From: a virus
Lineage: Duplodnaviria > Caudoviricetes
Reading direction: 5' to 3' (one strand)
DNA: 51,545 nt
Virus record (IMG/VR): IMGVR_UViG_3300033388_003855
Span: 1 to 51,545 of that record
Part shown: piece by piece, positions 27,799-37,130 of the stretch
How the letters are laid out: every line of letters starts with the position of its first letter
Numbering within the stretch: the stretch's first letter is position 1
Position numbers and translations under genes: made by a program
Notes under the pieces: model-generated
Database searches by the model: none
What the model was told of the DNA's origin: nothing
Seen by the model: the letters and a program-made list of their open reading frames with translations, nothing else

Positions 27799-29029
27799 AT
27801 TCGGAGACGGTGGAAGGCAGAATAGTTTTAATCTTATTCACGGGGTCGAATTGATAAGCCTGGGAGCCTGTTTTAATAAGCAGGTCTCCGCTTTCCAGGC
27901 AAGCCAATTGCTCTATTGTCTCGTCGGTTATGACATGCTCAAAGGCCAGCAAATTAGAGTTTATTTGCGTCAATTTATCCCCTGCTGAGAAGTAAATATA
28001 ATCACGGGACAGGCAAGTCATGGGATTGGTGCCAAAAATTTGAAAAGTATTCCAATTAATTTCCCCTAAATCTCCCGAACTATCAACCCGGAAACCTTTT
28101 GTTCCGCAAATCATCAAGCCCCCTTCCTTGCTGCATCCTTCCAGGCTCCCATTAAAAAGCGGCCCGTTCGGTGGAACGTCTCCCGGCTGGCCGTTGTCCA
28201 AAAAGTCTTGATACGCAGCAGGAACAGCCGACGCCACTTTGTCCGTAATCAACCCGCCAGAATCAACCAGCATCCGCCTAAAATAGTTGCTATTCTCTAA
28301 ATATGCCAGGTCTCCGCTTTCATCCTCAAAGAAGAACTTTTTCGCGTCTAGCTCTGTCAGCCGCTCCACATTCAAGTCCGGCTTTTTACGTTGTCCGCCG
28401 CTCAGATCGGTATAAAAAACATGGTCGCCGTCCGTCCTGGTCAGTACGACGAAGTGGCCAACAGCGTCATTTATGACCGTTTCTTCAAAGCCGGACTCCA
28501 TGTCCAGCACAACAAGGCGGCTCAGGTAGTCCAGATAAGCCGGTTTTCCCTGAAACTCCTTTATGATATGACCATTTTTAAATCCCGCTCCTTTTCGCGG
28601 AGCGCGGGGCAGGTGGCGAACGTTTCCGGAGGAGTCCGTAATAAACCAAACGTCCAGGCTTGAGTCATCCGGCCGGTATTGGCCATAGATTATATTTCCT
28701 TTCCAGCGTCGAATACCCTTAAAACAGGGGTTTAAATTGCCATGAGTGGGAATTCTCCTATAAGTTCCCGCGTCAACCTCGCCCAGCTCATCGCAGCGTC
28801 CAGAAACGCCGTTATTCCGCAAAGCGCGGCTTGTTGATGCTTGGCTATCAGACGAGGCTAAAACAAGCGTTTGGGTGGCGTCTAAGCCTTCGATTATTTC
28901 AAGTGTGTGGATTGAAGGATTGTAAGTGGAATTTTCATCGTTGCCGGCCGGACTTGAGCCGCAGGCCGACAAAATAGCCAGAGCTATCGAAATTATAAAA
29001 AGGTGTGCTGCTTTCATGTTTTTCTCCAA
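27788..29029 (-). CDS. Lipoprotein (beta-rich), moron-like
   Basis: Signal peptide with LSAC lipobox; has its own promoter. Confidence 0.75.
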   Translation of the reverse strand: MEKNMKAAHLFIISIALAILSACGSSPAGNDENSTYNPSIHTLEIIEGLDATQTLVLASSDSQASTSRALRNNGVSGRCDELGEVDAGTYRRIPTHGNLNPCFKGIRRWKGNIIYGQYRPDDSSLDVWFITDSSGNVRHLPRAPRKGAGFKNGHIIKEFQGKPAYLDYLSRLVVLDMESGFEETVINDAVGHFVVLTRTDGDHVFYTDLSGGQRKKPDLNVERLTELDAKKFFFEDESGDLAYLENSNYFRRMLVDSGGLITDKVASAVPAAYQDFLDNGQPGDVPPNGPLFNGSLEGCSKEGGLMICGTKGFRVDSSGDLGEINWNTFQIFGTNPMTCLSRDYIYFSAGDKLTQINSNLLAFEHVITDETIEQLACLESGDLLIKTGSQAYQFDPVNKIKTILPSTVSEFIQ

Positions 29030-29098
29030 AATAAAAAAGCCCGCCTCGCTGAGGAAGCGCGACGGGCCAAAACAAAGGTAATTCGAAAAACGAGTTTT

Positions 29099-29127
29099 AG
29101 TATAACAGGCCGCGCTTTATTTATCAA
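29099..29127 (-). promoter_or_regulatory. Sigma70 promoter of the lipoprotein gene
   Basis: TTGATA-17 nt-TATACT. Confidence 0.7.
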
Positions 29128-29169
29128 GCCGGTTTAATCAGACTGCTTTTCGACCTTAAATTGAGAACA

Positions 29170-30000
29170 TTAAATTAAGCCGCGATTCGTGCCGAGGCTG
29201 TCGGTTTCGTCGTCCCACACCGGCAAATCCTTATGAGCATTTCTTAATGCCTGAGCCTCTTCACCTCGACCATAGTTCAGCAACCAACTATTCCTTCCGT
29301 CGTGATCACTAGGCAGTTGCAAAACAAGCCCCTCGGCCCATTTTACGCGCGAAGAACCGCTTTGCATTTCCGCTCCTGAAAGTTTGATATAATCGCGCTT
29401 ATCGTCGCTGTTCGCTGGCTTAAGGATGCATTTTTGAGGCTCGCCGTCATATCCTTTTAATATTGTCTTAGATGGATGCGTGATAATCATATAATTATCA
29501 TCGTCGTTGCCATCGACAACCCACGCGTCACCGCCGGGAAAATCTTTCAAGACTGGTTTGAGGGGAAAGACATGCAGATTCTCTTTGCCGCAGGTTTCGT
29601 TTTGCAATACCCAGACAACCACTTCTTTATCTTCTTCCTCCGCAGGCTCCACGCGCCATTTCTTCGCTCTTTGTTGTTCCAGTGTAGGCCACCAATCTTT
29701 GCCGTCCAGATCGCGCAAAATAGCCCGTCCACCGTCCACTAGGCCGTCGAACACTGTGATATATTCAGACCAGTTTTCGGTCGGGTAAAGATCGATTTTG
29801 CGGCCTCTGAAAGCTAATTCTAAAGCTTCCAAGAACGTGAAAAGCTTTTCCGGAGCTGGCTCCATTTCCCATTTTTTTTCCACCATTGCCTCTTTGACCA
29901 ACATCAAATCATCGACATATCCCCAGTCTCCGCCGTCATACCTCATGCGTCGGCTATTTTTAACCGACTCTCTGTAAGCGTCAAAAAAATCATATTTCAT
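29170..30000 (-). CDS. Multi-domain hypothetical protein with DUF2829/Tad2-like repeats
   Basis: FTFLEALELAFRGRKI...WWPT..QRAKKWRV, plus a degenerate N-terminal copy. Confidence 0.55.
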   Translation of the reverse strand: MKYDFFDAYRESVKNSRRMRYDGGDWGYVDDLMLVKEAMVEKKWEMEPAPEKLFTFLEALELAFRGRKIDLYPTENWSEYITVFDGLVDGGRAILRDLDGKDWWPTLEQQRAKKWRVEPAEEEDKEVVVWVLQNETCGKENLHVFPLKPVLKDFPGGDAWVVDGNDDDNYMIITHPSKTILKGYDGEPQKCILKPANSDDKRDYIKLSGAEMQSGSSRVKWAEGLVLQLPSDHDGRNSWLLNYGRGEEAQALRNAHKDLPVWDDETDSLGTNRGLI

Positions 30001-30287
30001 TCTGTCTCCTTGTAATTTTTTATTTCTTTCACAACATCAAATCCAGTCCCCCATGTTCCGCCCCTTGGCAAACTTTCATCAGCAAGCAAAAGCAGCGCGA
30101 AACTGTCATGTATCCGCGGCGTGCCTCCGCCTAATTCCAGCGATTCAGGGATGCTCACGAGGACATAAGCAACGCAATAATGACCGTTGCTCCAATATTC
30201 CTCCCAGTCCTCTTTAATTATACAACCGTTGCGAGTCTCAAACACTCGCGGCTTGTCGGTTAATTTTTTCTTGCTTAAATCGTTCAT
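29997..30287 (-). CDS. Hypothetical protein
   Basis: Coupled ORF in the operon. Confidence 0.55.
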   Translation of the reverse strand: MNDLSKKKLTDKPRVFETRNGCIIKEDWEEYWSNGHYCVAYVLVSIPESLELGGGTPRIHDSFALLLLADESLPRGGTWGTGFDVVKEIKNYKETE

Positions 30288-30289
30288 CT

Positions 30290-30481
30290 TTAACTGTTAA
30301 AGTTTTTTGTTGAGACATTATGGCTGTGGCCGTGGCCATCGTCTACACGCACACACCTTTTTAGTAGCTCTGCATGCTCCTTAATTTCTCGCGTGTTTTC
30401 TTCGATTTTTTTTAAAGTTTTCAGAACTTCCTTAAAATATTTAATCATCATTGCTCCAAAAAGCCCGCTATGCGCGGGCAT
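30290..30481 (-). CDS. Hypothetical protein (start probably at the internal MMIKY)
   Basis: GGAG precedes the internal ATG. Confidence 0.5.
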   Translation of the reverse strand: MPAHSGLFGAMMIKYFKEVLKTLKKIEENTREIKEHAELLKRCVRVDDGHGHSHNVSTKNFNS

Positions 30482-30490
30482 GTTGATTAA

Positions 30491-31720
30491 TTAACTAAAT
30501 TCCGGCGGCGGCTCTTCCTCGCCTTCATATTGCTCGCCTTGCGGCTGTTGAGCGTTGAAAGTGTCAAATTTCAGCAGCCAGCCAGAAGCCGCGACCGCGT
30601 CATTGTCGGCGATTATTTTCTTGAAAAGCTCCTCGGTCAAAGTGCCCTGATACCAGTGATGATAAAACGCCGCTTTGTACTCAGAATTTGTTTTGGCGTC
30701 GAAAAGGTCTTGAACTATAGGAAGGAGTTTGTCGGCCTTTTCCGCGCCGTTTTTCTTGCTTTGCCGAGGCTTCTCCCATGTCAATATTCGGTTTGTCCAG
30801 TTTTTGGCGGCAGCCTTGAGGTTTTCGCCGGTGATTCGGTCGAATTCTTCAACCGTAAACTCCTTGGACTCAACCAAGTCCCGTATAGCGTCTATATTCT
30901 TTGAGTCACGCCAAACCTTTTCCAGCTCTTGAACTTCGGCTGATTTTTCTTTCTTGGCCGTTTTTTTGGGCTTGTCCTCGGTCGCGCTCGTCGCTTTCGG
31001 CTCGGTCTTGGGCTTCTTTTTTACCTCCTCCGCTTTCTTGGCCTGCATAGCGGCGGCGGGAGAGTCGCCGGGGGTTTTTTCCATGTCGGCGTTGACTTTG
31101 TCAGTTATGTCAATCGGATTTGCCGCTTCGTCCATCATCTCTTCTTTGACGCCCATGCCGCCAAGTAATTCGGGACGATTAAATTTAATCAGAAAACTGG
31201 CCGATCTATATTTCAACATCATGCGGGGGAGCTTCTGCCACCATGTATTAGTGATCCATCCGGCGGCCTTAGCGTCGCCTATAGTGACTGTTTCTTCTAT
31301 TATAGTATTATAGCGCGCGTCCTCAGCAAACGCCCTAAAACCCCATTCGTCACCGTCTTTTTTCGTCCCTATCTCATCAAACTCAATACCGCGTTTAAAC
31401 ATGCCGCTTTGATTTGCTATAGTAATAATAGCCTTGGATTCAAGGCCAAGTTTACCTTTTAATAGATACGTCCATTGAAAATACATGGTTATGGTTAAGC
31501 CCAATGATTTAGCCATGTTCAAGGCAAGCATACAATTTGACTCATTTCCTTGGTATTGGGGCGGAATCATGTCTCTCGATTGGGACAGCAGCCTGGCCGC
31601 TCTGTAGCTCTGATTGTATTGAACTGTGTCCAAGAACATGCTCACGTTTTCGTCTTTGCACACCGCGGGCGTTAATGAGTTCACCGAAACGGCTGTCGGG
31701 TTTTTTTCTTCGTCTTTCAT
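30491..31720 (-). CDS. RecT-like single-strand annealing protein
   Basis: IPPQYQGN..NC.LAL.MA..LG, AKAAGW...W...PRMMLKYR.A.F....PELLGGM...EE. Confidence 0.8.
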   Translation of the reverse strand: MKDEEKNPTAVSVNSLTPAVCKDENVSMFLDTVQYNQSYRAARLLSQSRDMIPPQYQGNESNCMLALNMAKSLGLTITMYFQWTYLLKGKLGLESKAIITIANQSGMFKRGIEFDEIGTKKDGDEWGFRAFAEDARYNTIIEETVTIGDAKAAGWITNTWWQKLPRMMLKYRSASFLIKFNRPELLGGMGVKEEMMDEAANPIDITDKVNADMEKTPGDSPAAAMQAKKAEEVKKKPKTEPKATSATEDKPKKTAKKEKSAEVQELEKVWRDSKNIDAIRDLVESKEFTVEEFDRITGENLKAAAKNWTNRILTWEKPRQSKKNGAEKADKLLPIVQDLFDAKTNSEYKAAFYHHWYQGTLTEELFKKIIADNDAVAASGWLLKFDTFNAQQPQGEQYEGEEEPPPEFS

Positions 31721-31740
31721 AATTTCCTCTTTGTTTTGTT

Positions 31741-32142
31741 CTATTCGTCGATAAAAGTTAATTTAGCGATGCGTGACTTTTTATTCTTAAATTTCCAATC
31801 AGCCGCCCTTTTTCTTGCATTGTCTAAAGAGCCTTGGTCAATATACGTTTCTAATATAATCTCTCCGGCCTCATCCTCCGGCCATGTCGCACAAACTACA
31901 TAAACATCTTCTTTTTCTTCGACCACTTTCAACAGTTCTATATCAATCGCGCCCTCCATGCTCCCGTCATCCCAGAGAATGGCGACGCAGGTACTCCACT
32001 CAACAGGCAGGCAGGTTTCGCTGTCTTCATAAAACTTGCAAGCCTCCCTGAAAGGCTCGCTCACAATCACGCCGGTAGTAGTCCCGGCGGCGTTGCCTCC
32101 CTTGCCTCTGTATTCAAATCTTTTTCCGGTTAAATATGTCAT
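31741..32142 (-). CDS. Hypothetical protein
   Basis: Start taken at MTYLTGK, just after the upstream stop. Confidence 0.55.
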   Translation of the reverse strand: MTYLTGKRFEYRGKGGNAAGTTTGVIVSEPFREACKFYEDSETCLPVEWSTCVAILWDDGSMEGAIDIELLKVVEEKEDVYVVCATWPEDEAGEIILETYIDQGSLDNARKRAADWKFKNKKSRIAKLTFIDE

Positions 32143-32143
32143 T

Positions 32144-32356
32144 TTAAGCCATCTTGAATCGTTCATAAAAACTACAAAATTGAGCCAGCAACTTCGCGCG
32201 CGCGGCATACATTTCAACGCAATCATGTTTATCCATGCCGGCCTGCGCAAAGTTGTCTGTGACGTCCGACAGCATGTTCCGCCAACGGCATAGGACTTGC
32301 CATGCGCAAGTGTCGCAGGAATATATAGAGCTAGTTTTTTTCTCTTCTTCGGCCAT
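32144..32356 (-). CDS. Small Cys-containing protein
   Basis: AAGGAG RBS; CxxC..C...C. Confidence 0.6.
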   Translation of the reverse strand: MAEEEKKTSSIYSCDTCAWQVLCRWRNMLSDVTDNFAQAGMDKHDCVEMYAARAKLLAQFCSFYERFKMA

Positions 32357-32366
32357 AATTTTCTCC

Positions 32367-33305
32367 TTAAAAATTCTTATTTACTCGACTTCCAAACCTA
32401 TTTACCACCCGCTTTTCCCGGTAGCCTTTCACCGGCCGTCCGGCGTCAATCCAGGCCTGACATTCCGCGAGCGATTGATTGTATTTTGGGGTTAAAAAGG
32501 CCGCATCCTCCTCCGAAAGCTCCCAGGTATTCACCAGCCAGGGCGCGGAGCTTTCAGCGACCAAATACAACATAGGATGCGGAGTTATGAAGTTTTCCCG
32601 GCAATACCTCTCAAAACCGGCCGAATAGTGGACGTATTGCCAGATATAAGAGCGTTTCCAATTCTGGATAAATTGCGACCATTTAGACGTCGCTTTCAGG
32701 TCAATACACATGCCATGCTTTTGGTCTCCAACCATCCAGAACAGCTCTATATCGCTCTTCATTCGGCATTTTGCGCCGTTCTCGTTCTCCCAGAAGTGTT
32801 CAACCTGAAATTTGGCTCCAAGACTCCTCAGTATATCAAACAAGTTCGTTCCGTCCAGTTTTGCGCGCTTGAAGTTCACCAACATCGCGTCCAGAGAACG
32901 CCCCATACAAGCCGGAATCAATCGTTTAAAGCCGTTTGCTTTAATATCATCCAAAGCGTCATGCAACTTGCCGTGAGTCGCGTTTAGACGCCGTTGTCCT
33001 TTTTTGTCTTTTTTCGTCCAGATATACGCTTTTTCAATCTCGGCCGGGTCCACTTCGTCGGCCTCCATAATCGGCAGAATCGTTTTCCATGCCGCGCAAT
33101 TCGCGCTTAAATCAATGTCTGAGCGAAAATATTTGTCAGTGAATAGCGTCGAGCCTGTCACCTCTTGCTCTATTAAATCCTCGTACATTCTCCCCATCTC
33201 CATGAAGCCGGTCGGCTTTACCTCGCGCCCGGCTTTGTCCGGGTGGTCGATGAATGTGGCTAAGAGAGAGCTTCCTATGTCTTTGCTGTCGAAATAAGCG
33301 CTCAT
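32367..33305 (-). CDS. RecE/exonuclease VIII-like PD-(D/E)XK nuclease
   Basis: CRMKSD...IDLKAT...Y.WQ..HY..G; near the RecT-like gene. Confidence 0.75.
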   Translation of the reverse strand: MSAYFDSKDIGSSLLATFIDHPDKAGREVKPTGFMEMGRMYEDLIEQEVTGSTLFTDKYFRSDIDLSANCAAWKTILPIMEADEVDPAEIEKAYIWTKKDKKGQRRLNATHGKLHDALDDIKANGFKRLIPACMGRSLDAMLVNFKRAKLDGTNLFDILRSLGAKFQVEHFWENENGAKCRMKSDIELFWMVGDQKHGMCIDLKATSKWSQFIQNWKRSYIWQYVHYSAGFERYCRENFITPHPMLYLVAESSAPWLVNTWELSEEDAAFLTPKYNQSLAECQAWIDAGRPVKGYREKRVVNRFGSRVNKNF

Positions 33306-33550
33306 TACGCCCCGTTGTGGCTCGAAAGTTTACACCACCCCAGAATTAGATGACATCTTTTTTGCTTTTCCCAGGTCGGCGCGCAGGTCGGCGCCACGAA
33401 TTCCTGTGAACAATATTTAAAGTCGTTGTTTTTCCATGCGGCGGGAACAACCCGCTCTTTTCCCGTGTGACAATCATTAATCAAGACGACATAGTCATTT
33501 CCGGGAATTGAAGGCAATCCGCTTTCATTGAAGTCAAATTTTCTTACCAT
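33305..33550 (-). CDS. Hypothetical protein (DUF551-like)
   Basis: LP....YVV...ILGWCKL pattern. Confidence 0.5.
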   Translation of the reverse strand: MVRKFDFNESGLPSIPGNDYVVLINDCHTGKERVVPAAWKNNDFKYCSQEFVAPTCAPTWEKQKRCHLILGWCKLSSHNGA

Positions 33551-33716
33551 TGTTTTTTCTCCAATTTTGATGTTCTTTAGAGTGTTTTACAATTAAATTA
33601 ATTGTTTCGCTCATATTTTCGTCCTGGTCGATCAAGTCTCGAATATAAGCGAAAACTTCACCATCCCAGCTCACAGTCTGTGAGCCACCTTTATTTTTCT
33701 TTGTTTTACCAGCCAT
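33534..33716 (-). CDS. Ribbon-helix-helix-like regulator
   Basis: QTVSWD.EV..YI.......MSETIN.IV; first gene of the leftward operon. Confidence 0.55.
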   Translation of the reverse strand: MAGKTKKNKGGSQTVSWDGEVFAYIRDLIDQDENMSETINLIVKHSKEHQNWRKNNGKKI

Positions 33717-33762
33717 ATTTTTTTGAATTGAGATTTAAAAATTATCGGTTAACCTTGTAATA

Positions 33763-33845
33763 AGATTACAGCCAAAAACAATTAAGTCAACAAAAAACTT
33801 TACAAATAAAAACACTTGACTTTTTACAGCCGGATTGACTAAATT
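33763..33845. promoter_or_regulatory. Divergent promoter pair
   Basis: Minus strand TTGACT-16-TAATCT (33763-33790); plus strand TTGACT-18-TAAATT (33816-33845). Confidence 0.6.
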
Positions 33846-33897
33846 GAGAGTCAGGAATAAAAGTTTTTTAAATACAAAGGAGGACGTCATGAAACAC

Positions 33898-33918
33898 GGC
33901 GGGGAAGCCCGCCTTTTT
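33898..33918 (+). terminator. Intrinsic terminator inside a 12-codon leader ORF
   Basis: GGCGGG-GAAG-CCCGCC-TTTTT. Confidence 0.65.
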
Positions 33919-33957
33919 GATTATTGAATCTGAAATTAAAATTTATGGAGAAGGAAA

Positions 33958-34344
33958 ATGTTAAAAAAACTTTTAGAGGACGCTATAAAGAAACTTCTTA
34001 CAGGAGATAGCAGCGCGGATAAATCCAATGAGCCTGAATTAGGCGGCGCAATAGGACGGTACGCGATTGTTCGCAGTTATAACGAGGGAGTTAACGCCGG
34101 AGTGGTCATATCATATAATAAAGATATGATTGAATTAAGCGATTGCCGCCGCTTATGGCGGCATTGGCCAAAAGATAAAAAAAAGAGCTGGTACGAAGGC
34201 GTGGCCATTTCTGGGCTTGATGAAAAATCGCAAATATCAATAGCAGTGCCGACTAAAATTATCGTTGAAAAATATTCTATAACAATATGCTCAAAAGAGG
34301 CCGAGCAATCAATCCGGGAGTTTGCGTCGCATGAGCAAGCATAA
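33958..34344 (+). CDS. DUF6948-like phage protein
   Basis: IVRSYNEGVNAG...L.DCRRLW.W...VA..G. Confidence 0.7.
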   Translation: MLKKLLEDAIKKLLTGDSSADKSNEPELGGAIGRYAIVRSYNEGVNAGVVISYNKDMIELSDCRRLWRHWPKDKKKSWYEGVAISGLDEKSQISIAVPTKIIVEKYSITICSKEAEQSIREFASHEQA

Positions 34345-34516
34345 AAATATTGGCTCTGGCTATGGCGGTGGCTCTGGCTCTGGATCTGGCTCTGGCTCTG
34401 GCTCTGGCTATGGCGATGGCTCTGGCGGTGGCTATGGCGGTGGCTATGGCGATGGCTCTGGCGGTGGCGGTGGCTCTGGCGATGGCTATGGCGATGGCGA
34501 TTTATCATGCGCTTAA
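34331..34516 (+). CDS. Gly/Ser/Tyr/Asp low-complexity protein encoded by a GGC-NNT hexamer repeat
   Basis: Tandem ggctct/ggctat/ggcgat/ggcggt units at ~34352-34501. Confidence 0.6.
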   Translation: MSKHKNIGSGYGGGSGSGSGSGSGSGYGDGSGGGYGGGYGDGSGGGGGSGDGYGDGDLSCA

Positions 34517-34926
34517 CCACGGAACAATTCTCCGCGATGCTGGAAAACTCGCATTGCTCTATAAAGGACGAAGGCAAGCCCGAAACGCGCCGAGAACGCA
34601 AAGTAAGCAAGATTGAAAGACTGGTTCATTGGGAGCTGAAAACAGACCCAAACGTGGAGCTTTTGGAGACTCAGCCGCGCTTTGAGATTGTGCCGGGATT
34701 CAGGCGGAACGGGAAGAAATATCAAGCCGTTCATTATACGTCGGATTTCAGGATCATTGAAAACGGTCGAGAAATCGTCGTTGAAGTGAAGTCTGAGGGC
34801 GTCTTGAGGGCGAACGTAAAGAGTTATCCTATGCGCCGCAAACTGTTTTTAAAAGCATTCCCGGAGCTTGTTTTCCGGGAGATTATTTTTATGGACAATG
34901 GGGAAAGAGTTGTGAGGGAGTATTAA
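34507..34926 (+). CDS. DUF1064-family putative endonuclease
   Basis: LETQPRFEI...YTSDF...VVEVKS...Y..RRKLF. Confidence 0.8.
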   Translation: MRLTTEQFSAMLENSHCSIKDEGKPETRRERKVSKIERLVHWELKTDPNVELLETQPRFEIVPGFRRNGKKYQAVHYTSDFRIIENGREIVVEVKSEGVLRANVKSYPMRRKLFLKAFPELVFREIIFMDNGERVVREY

Positions 34927-34928
34927 AA

Positions 34929-35126
34929 ATGGATTTGGGCAAAAAATTATGGTGCGATCTCAAAACAGACGAGGAGCGCGCGGAGTTCATTAGATGCGGC
35001 CGAGCTTGGGAAACCGGCATTATTGCGCATAGCATGACCGACGATCTGATAGAGATTTTTGAATTCAGAGCTAAATATAAAAAAATTATGGCGAGAGGCG
35101 GAGATATAAGGGAACTGGAACTTTAA
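34929..35126 (+). CDS. Hypothetical protein
   Basis: ORF with RBS in the operon. Confidence 0.55.
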   Translation: MDLGKKLWCDLKTDEERAEFIRCGRAWETGIIAHSMTDDLIEIFEFRAKYKKIMARGGDIRELEL

Positions 35127-35153
35127 AACGAATATTAAAACAAAGGAGAATTT

Positions 35154-35708
35154 GTGGGCGAGAAAACAAATAATTATCCGATTGAGCGACAGCTCATAAC
35201 GAGAAAACAGGCTGAGGAGCTATATAAATGCATGGGAGATGACGCGCCGGGGAGCGTGTGGGTTTTTGCACATTTTACGGGCTCTATTCACGGGACTTGC
35301 TATATTAAACCAGGGTGGCAGGCAGTCTTGAAGGAGGTTTATTTTTGGGAGAAAACAAATCAACGATCTTCGAGAGATTGGGACGACAGACAAATCTACC
35401 CAGCCTACACCGGCGACGAGCTGGGGGCTTTGTTAGCGAATGTTCCTGGCTATCAATTTTATATACATTCAAACAAATTTTACCGGGATTATGGAGACGG
35501 GGTTTCTTTTACTGCAAGACTTCGCGCTGTTGATCGTTTCAGCGAAGTCTTGAGCGACGCCGGCAAAATGCCGCCTAAAAATCAAGTTGCACAAAAAATA
35601 TGCGAATGTGTACACGATTTGGAGGTGCAGGCAAAGGCGACGCTTGCTATTGATGGGCTTAGAAGGGGCATGATTGAACCAAAAAACTTAAAATATCAAA
35701 GGGGTTAG
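35154..35708 (+). CDS. Hypothetical protein
   Basis: AAGGAG RBS; YPAYT..ELGALL. Confidence 0.65.
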   Translation: MGEKTNNYPIERQLITRKQAEELYKCMGDDAPGSVWVFAHFTGSIHGTCYIKPGWQAVLKEVYFWEKTNQRSSRDWDDRQIYPAYTGDELGALLANVPGYQFYIHSNKFYRDYGDGVSFTARLRAVDRFSEVLSDAGKMPPKNQVAQKICECVHDLEVQAKATLAIDGLRRGMIEPKNLKYQRG

Positions 35709-35709
35709 T

Positions 35710-35850
35710 ATGACTCTATTTAATTGCGCATGCCGGGAAGAATACGACCTGGAATTCATAGCTGAATCATGTGTAGATTGTAGCCGTCCATATTGCGCGG
35801 CTTGTCAGCAGGAAGATTGCGACGATTGCGATGAGCGGGAGGAGCTATGA
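35710..35850 (+). CDS. Small Cys-rich (zinc-finger-like) protein not in the ORF track
   Basis: MTLFNCAC...CVDCSRPYCAACQQEDCDDC; fills the gap and has an ATGA overlap. Confidence 0.55.
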   Translation: MTLFNCACREEYDLEFIAESCVDCSRPYCAACQQEDCDDCDEREEL

Positions 35851-36311
35851 AAAAGTGGATAGTAAACACCGCCGAGTTAAGCGTTTGCAAGCGCGGAGAT
35901 AGAATATTCGTGGATTCTCTAGGTAGATGGAGAGTTGATGATAACGAGTATCAATTACCATTGCCTGACGGCATATTTGAGGCCATGCCGCATTGGTTTA
36001 TGGAGGAGTCGGATTGCCGGGCGTTGATTGTTGTTGAAAGTGAGATTCAATATAAACCCCCATCTTATGGGCGCCGGACGCTGGTTGAAAAAATTGGCAA
36101 TGTATATAAGGCGTCAAACGGCGAAATTACTCCGGATAAAGGGGCGGCGTTGAAAGCGCAAGGATTTTTGGACATGGAAAGCAGGATATGGTTTTGGGTC
36201 GATAGTTATTTTAGCGCGGAAGAGGGGATGTTTGGAAAAAGAACCTGCCTTGACATGCTGCTATTGCGCCGCGAAAAGTTGTTGAATTTATTGCGGGAGC
36301 CTGAACTATGA
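35847..36311 (+). CDS. Hypothetical protein
   Basis: GGAGGAG RBS; ATGA coupling. Confidence 0.6.
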   Translation: MKKWIVNTAELSVCKRGDRIFVDSLGRWRVDDNEYQLPLPDGIFEAMPHWFMEESDCRALIVVESEIQYKPPSYGRRTLVEKIGNVYKASNGEITPDKGAALKAQGFLDMESRIWFWVDSYFSAEEGMFGKRTCLDMLLLRREKLLNLLREPEL

Positions 36312-36625
36312 AAGAGAAACCGGACGGGAAGTCGAAAATCGTTGCTGTATACAACGGCAAGAATTACACGGCAAAAATGATTAGCGACGAGCTAGGCTTG
36401 AGCCGGAGAGGCGTTCAAGACCGTTTAAATAAATATAAAAAAGGCAAGAAAAGTATTGAGTGGGTATTCCGGGCGGTTGATCAGCGATACAAAAAACGGC
36501 TGATAGCGGAGCCGGGAAACAGCTCGAAAACGCAGGCTAAAACAGATGGATTCATGCGACAGACGAGAAATCAGGACAGATTGATTGAGAAATATTACGC
36601 GCCGTGCGCGCTGGATAAAAGGTAA
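36308..36625 (+). CDS. HTH DNA-binding protein
   Basis: YTAKMISDELGLSRRGVQDRL. Confidence 0.65.
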   Translation: MKEKPDGKSKIVAVYNGKNYTAKMISDELGLSRRGVQDRLNKYKKGKKSIEWVFRAVDQRYKKRLIAEPGNSSKTQAKTDGFMRQTRNQDRLIEKYYAPCALDKR

Positions 36626-36674
36626 AATAGGCCAGAATAATTTTGAACAATTAATTTAAGGGAGTAGAGAAAAA

Positions 36675-37130
36675 ATGGATAGATTTAATATAAATTGCAG
36701 GGAATGTGTACATGAAGACACTGACGAATGCGACGAATGCTCAATGGAAACTATGGAGAATTACGGATGTTCTTGCCATATAACGCCACCATGTTCGTTT
36801 TGTGCCGATTTAAATTTTGAAGAACACCCAAACTTGCATAAATATCCGCGCGAAAAAAACATTTTGGAACAATGTGTAGACGCGGGTTTTGTCATCATAA
36901 TGAAAGATGACTTAGGCAAGGTGGTGTGTGATTTTTGTGATAAAGATTGGTCTAATAGTGATCAAAGCGGCGGGTTTTTGTTTCAAAGCAAGGCGGTTTG
37001 TCCTGATTGTGAGCCGCGATTTATGGACAGAGTCAAGCAACATCACGAGCAGTCTTTTATTAGAGACCGCTGCCCAGAGGAGCAATCATTTAGTGAATGG
37101 ATAAAGAACATAAGGCGAAGGCCAGAATAA
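36675..37130 (+). CDS. Cys-rich multi-zinc-finger protein
   Basis: CREC, CDEC, CSCHITPPCSFC, CDFC, CPDC. Confidence 0.65.
   Translation: MDRFNINCRECVHEDTDECDECSMETMENYGCSCHITPPCSFCADLNFEEHPNLHKYPREKNILEQCVDAGFVIIMKDDLGKVVCDFCDKDWSNSDQSGGFLFQSKAVCPDCEPRFMDRVKQHHEQSFIRDRCPEEQSFSEWIKNIRRRPE

Noticed and set aside
34077-34616. ORFs 34077-34610 (-) and 34350-34616 (+)
   Set aside because: Shadow frames of the hexamer repeat that overlap better-supported genes.
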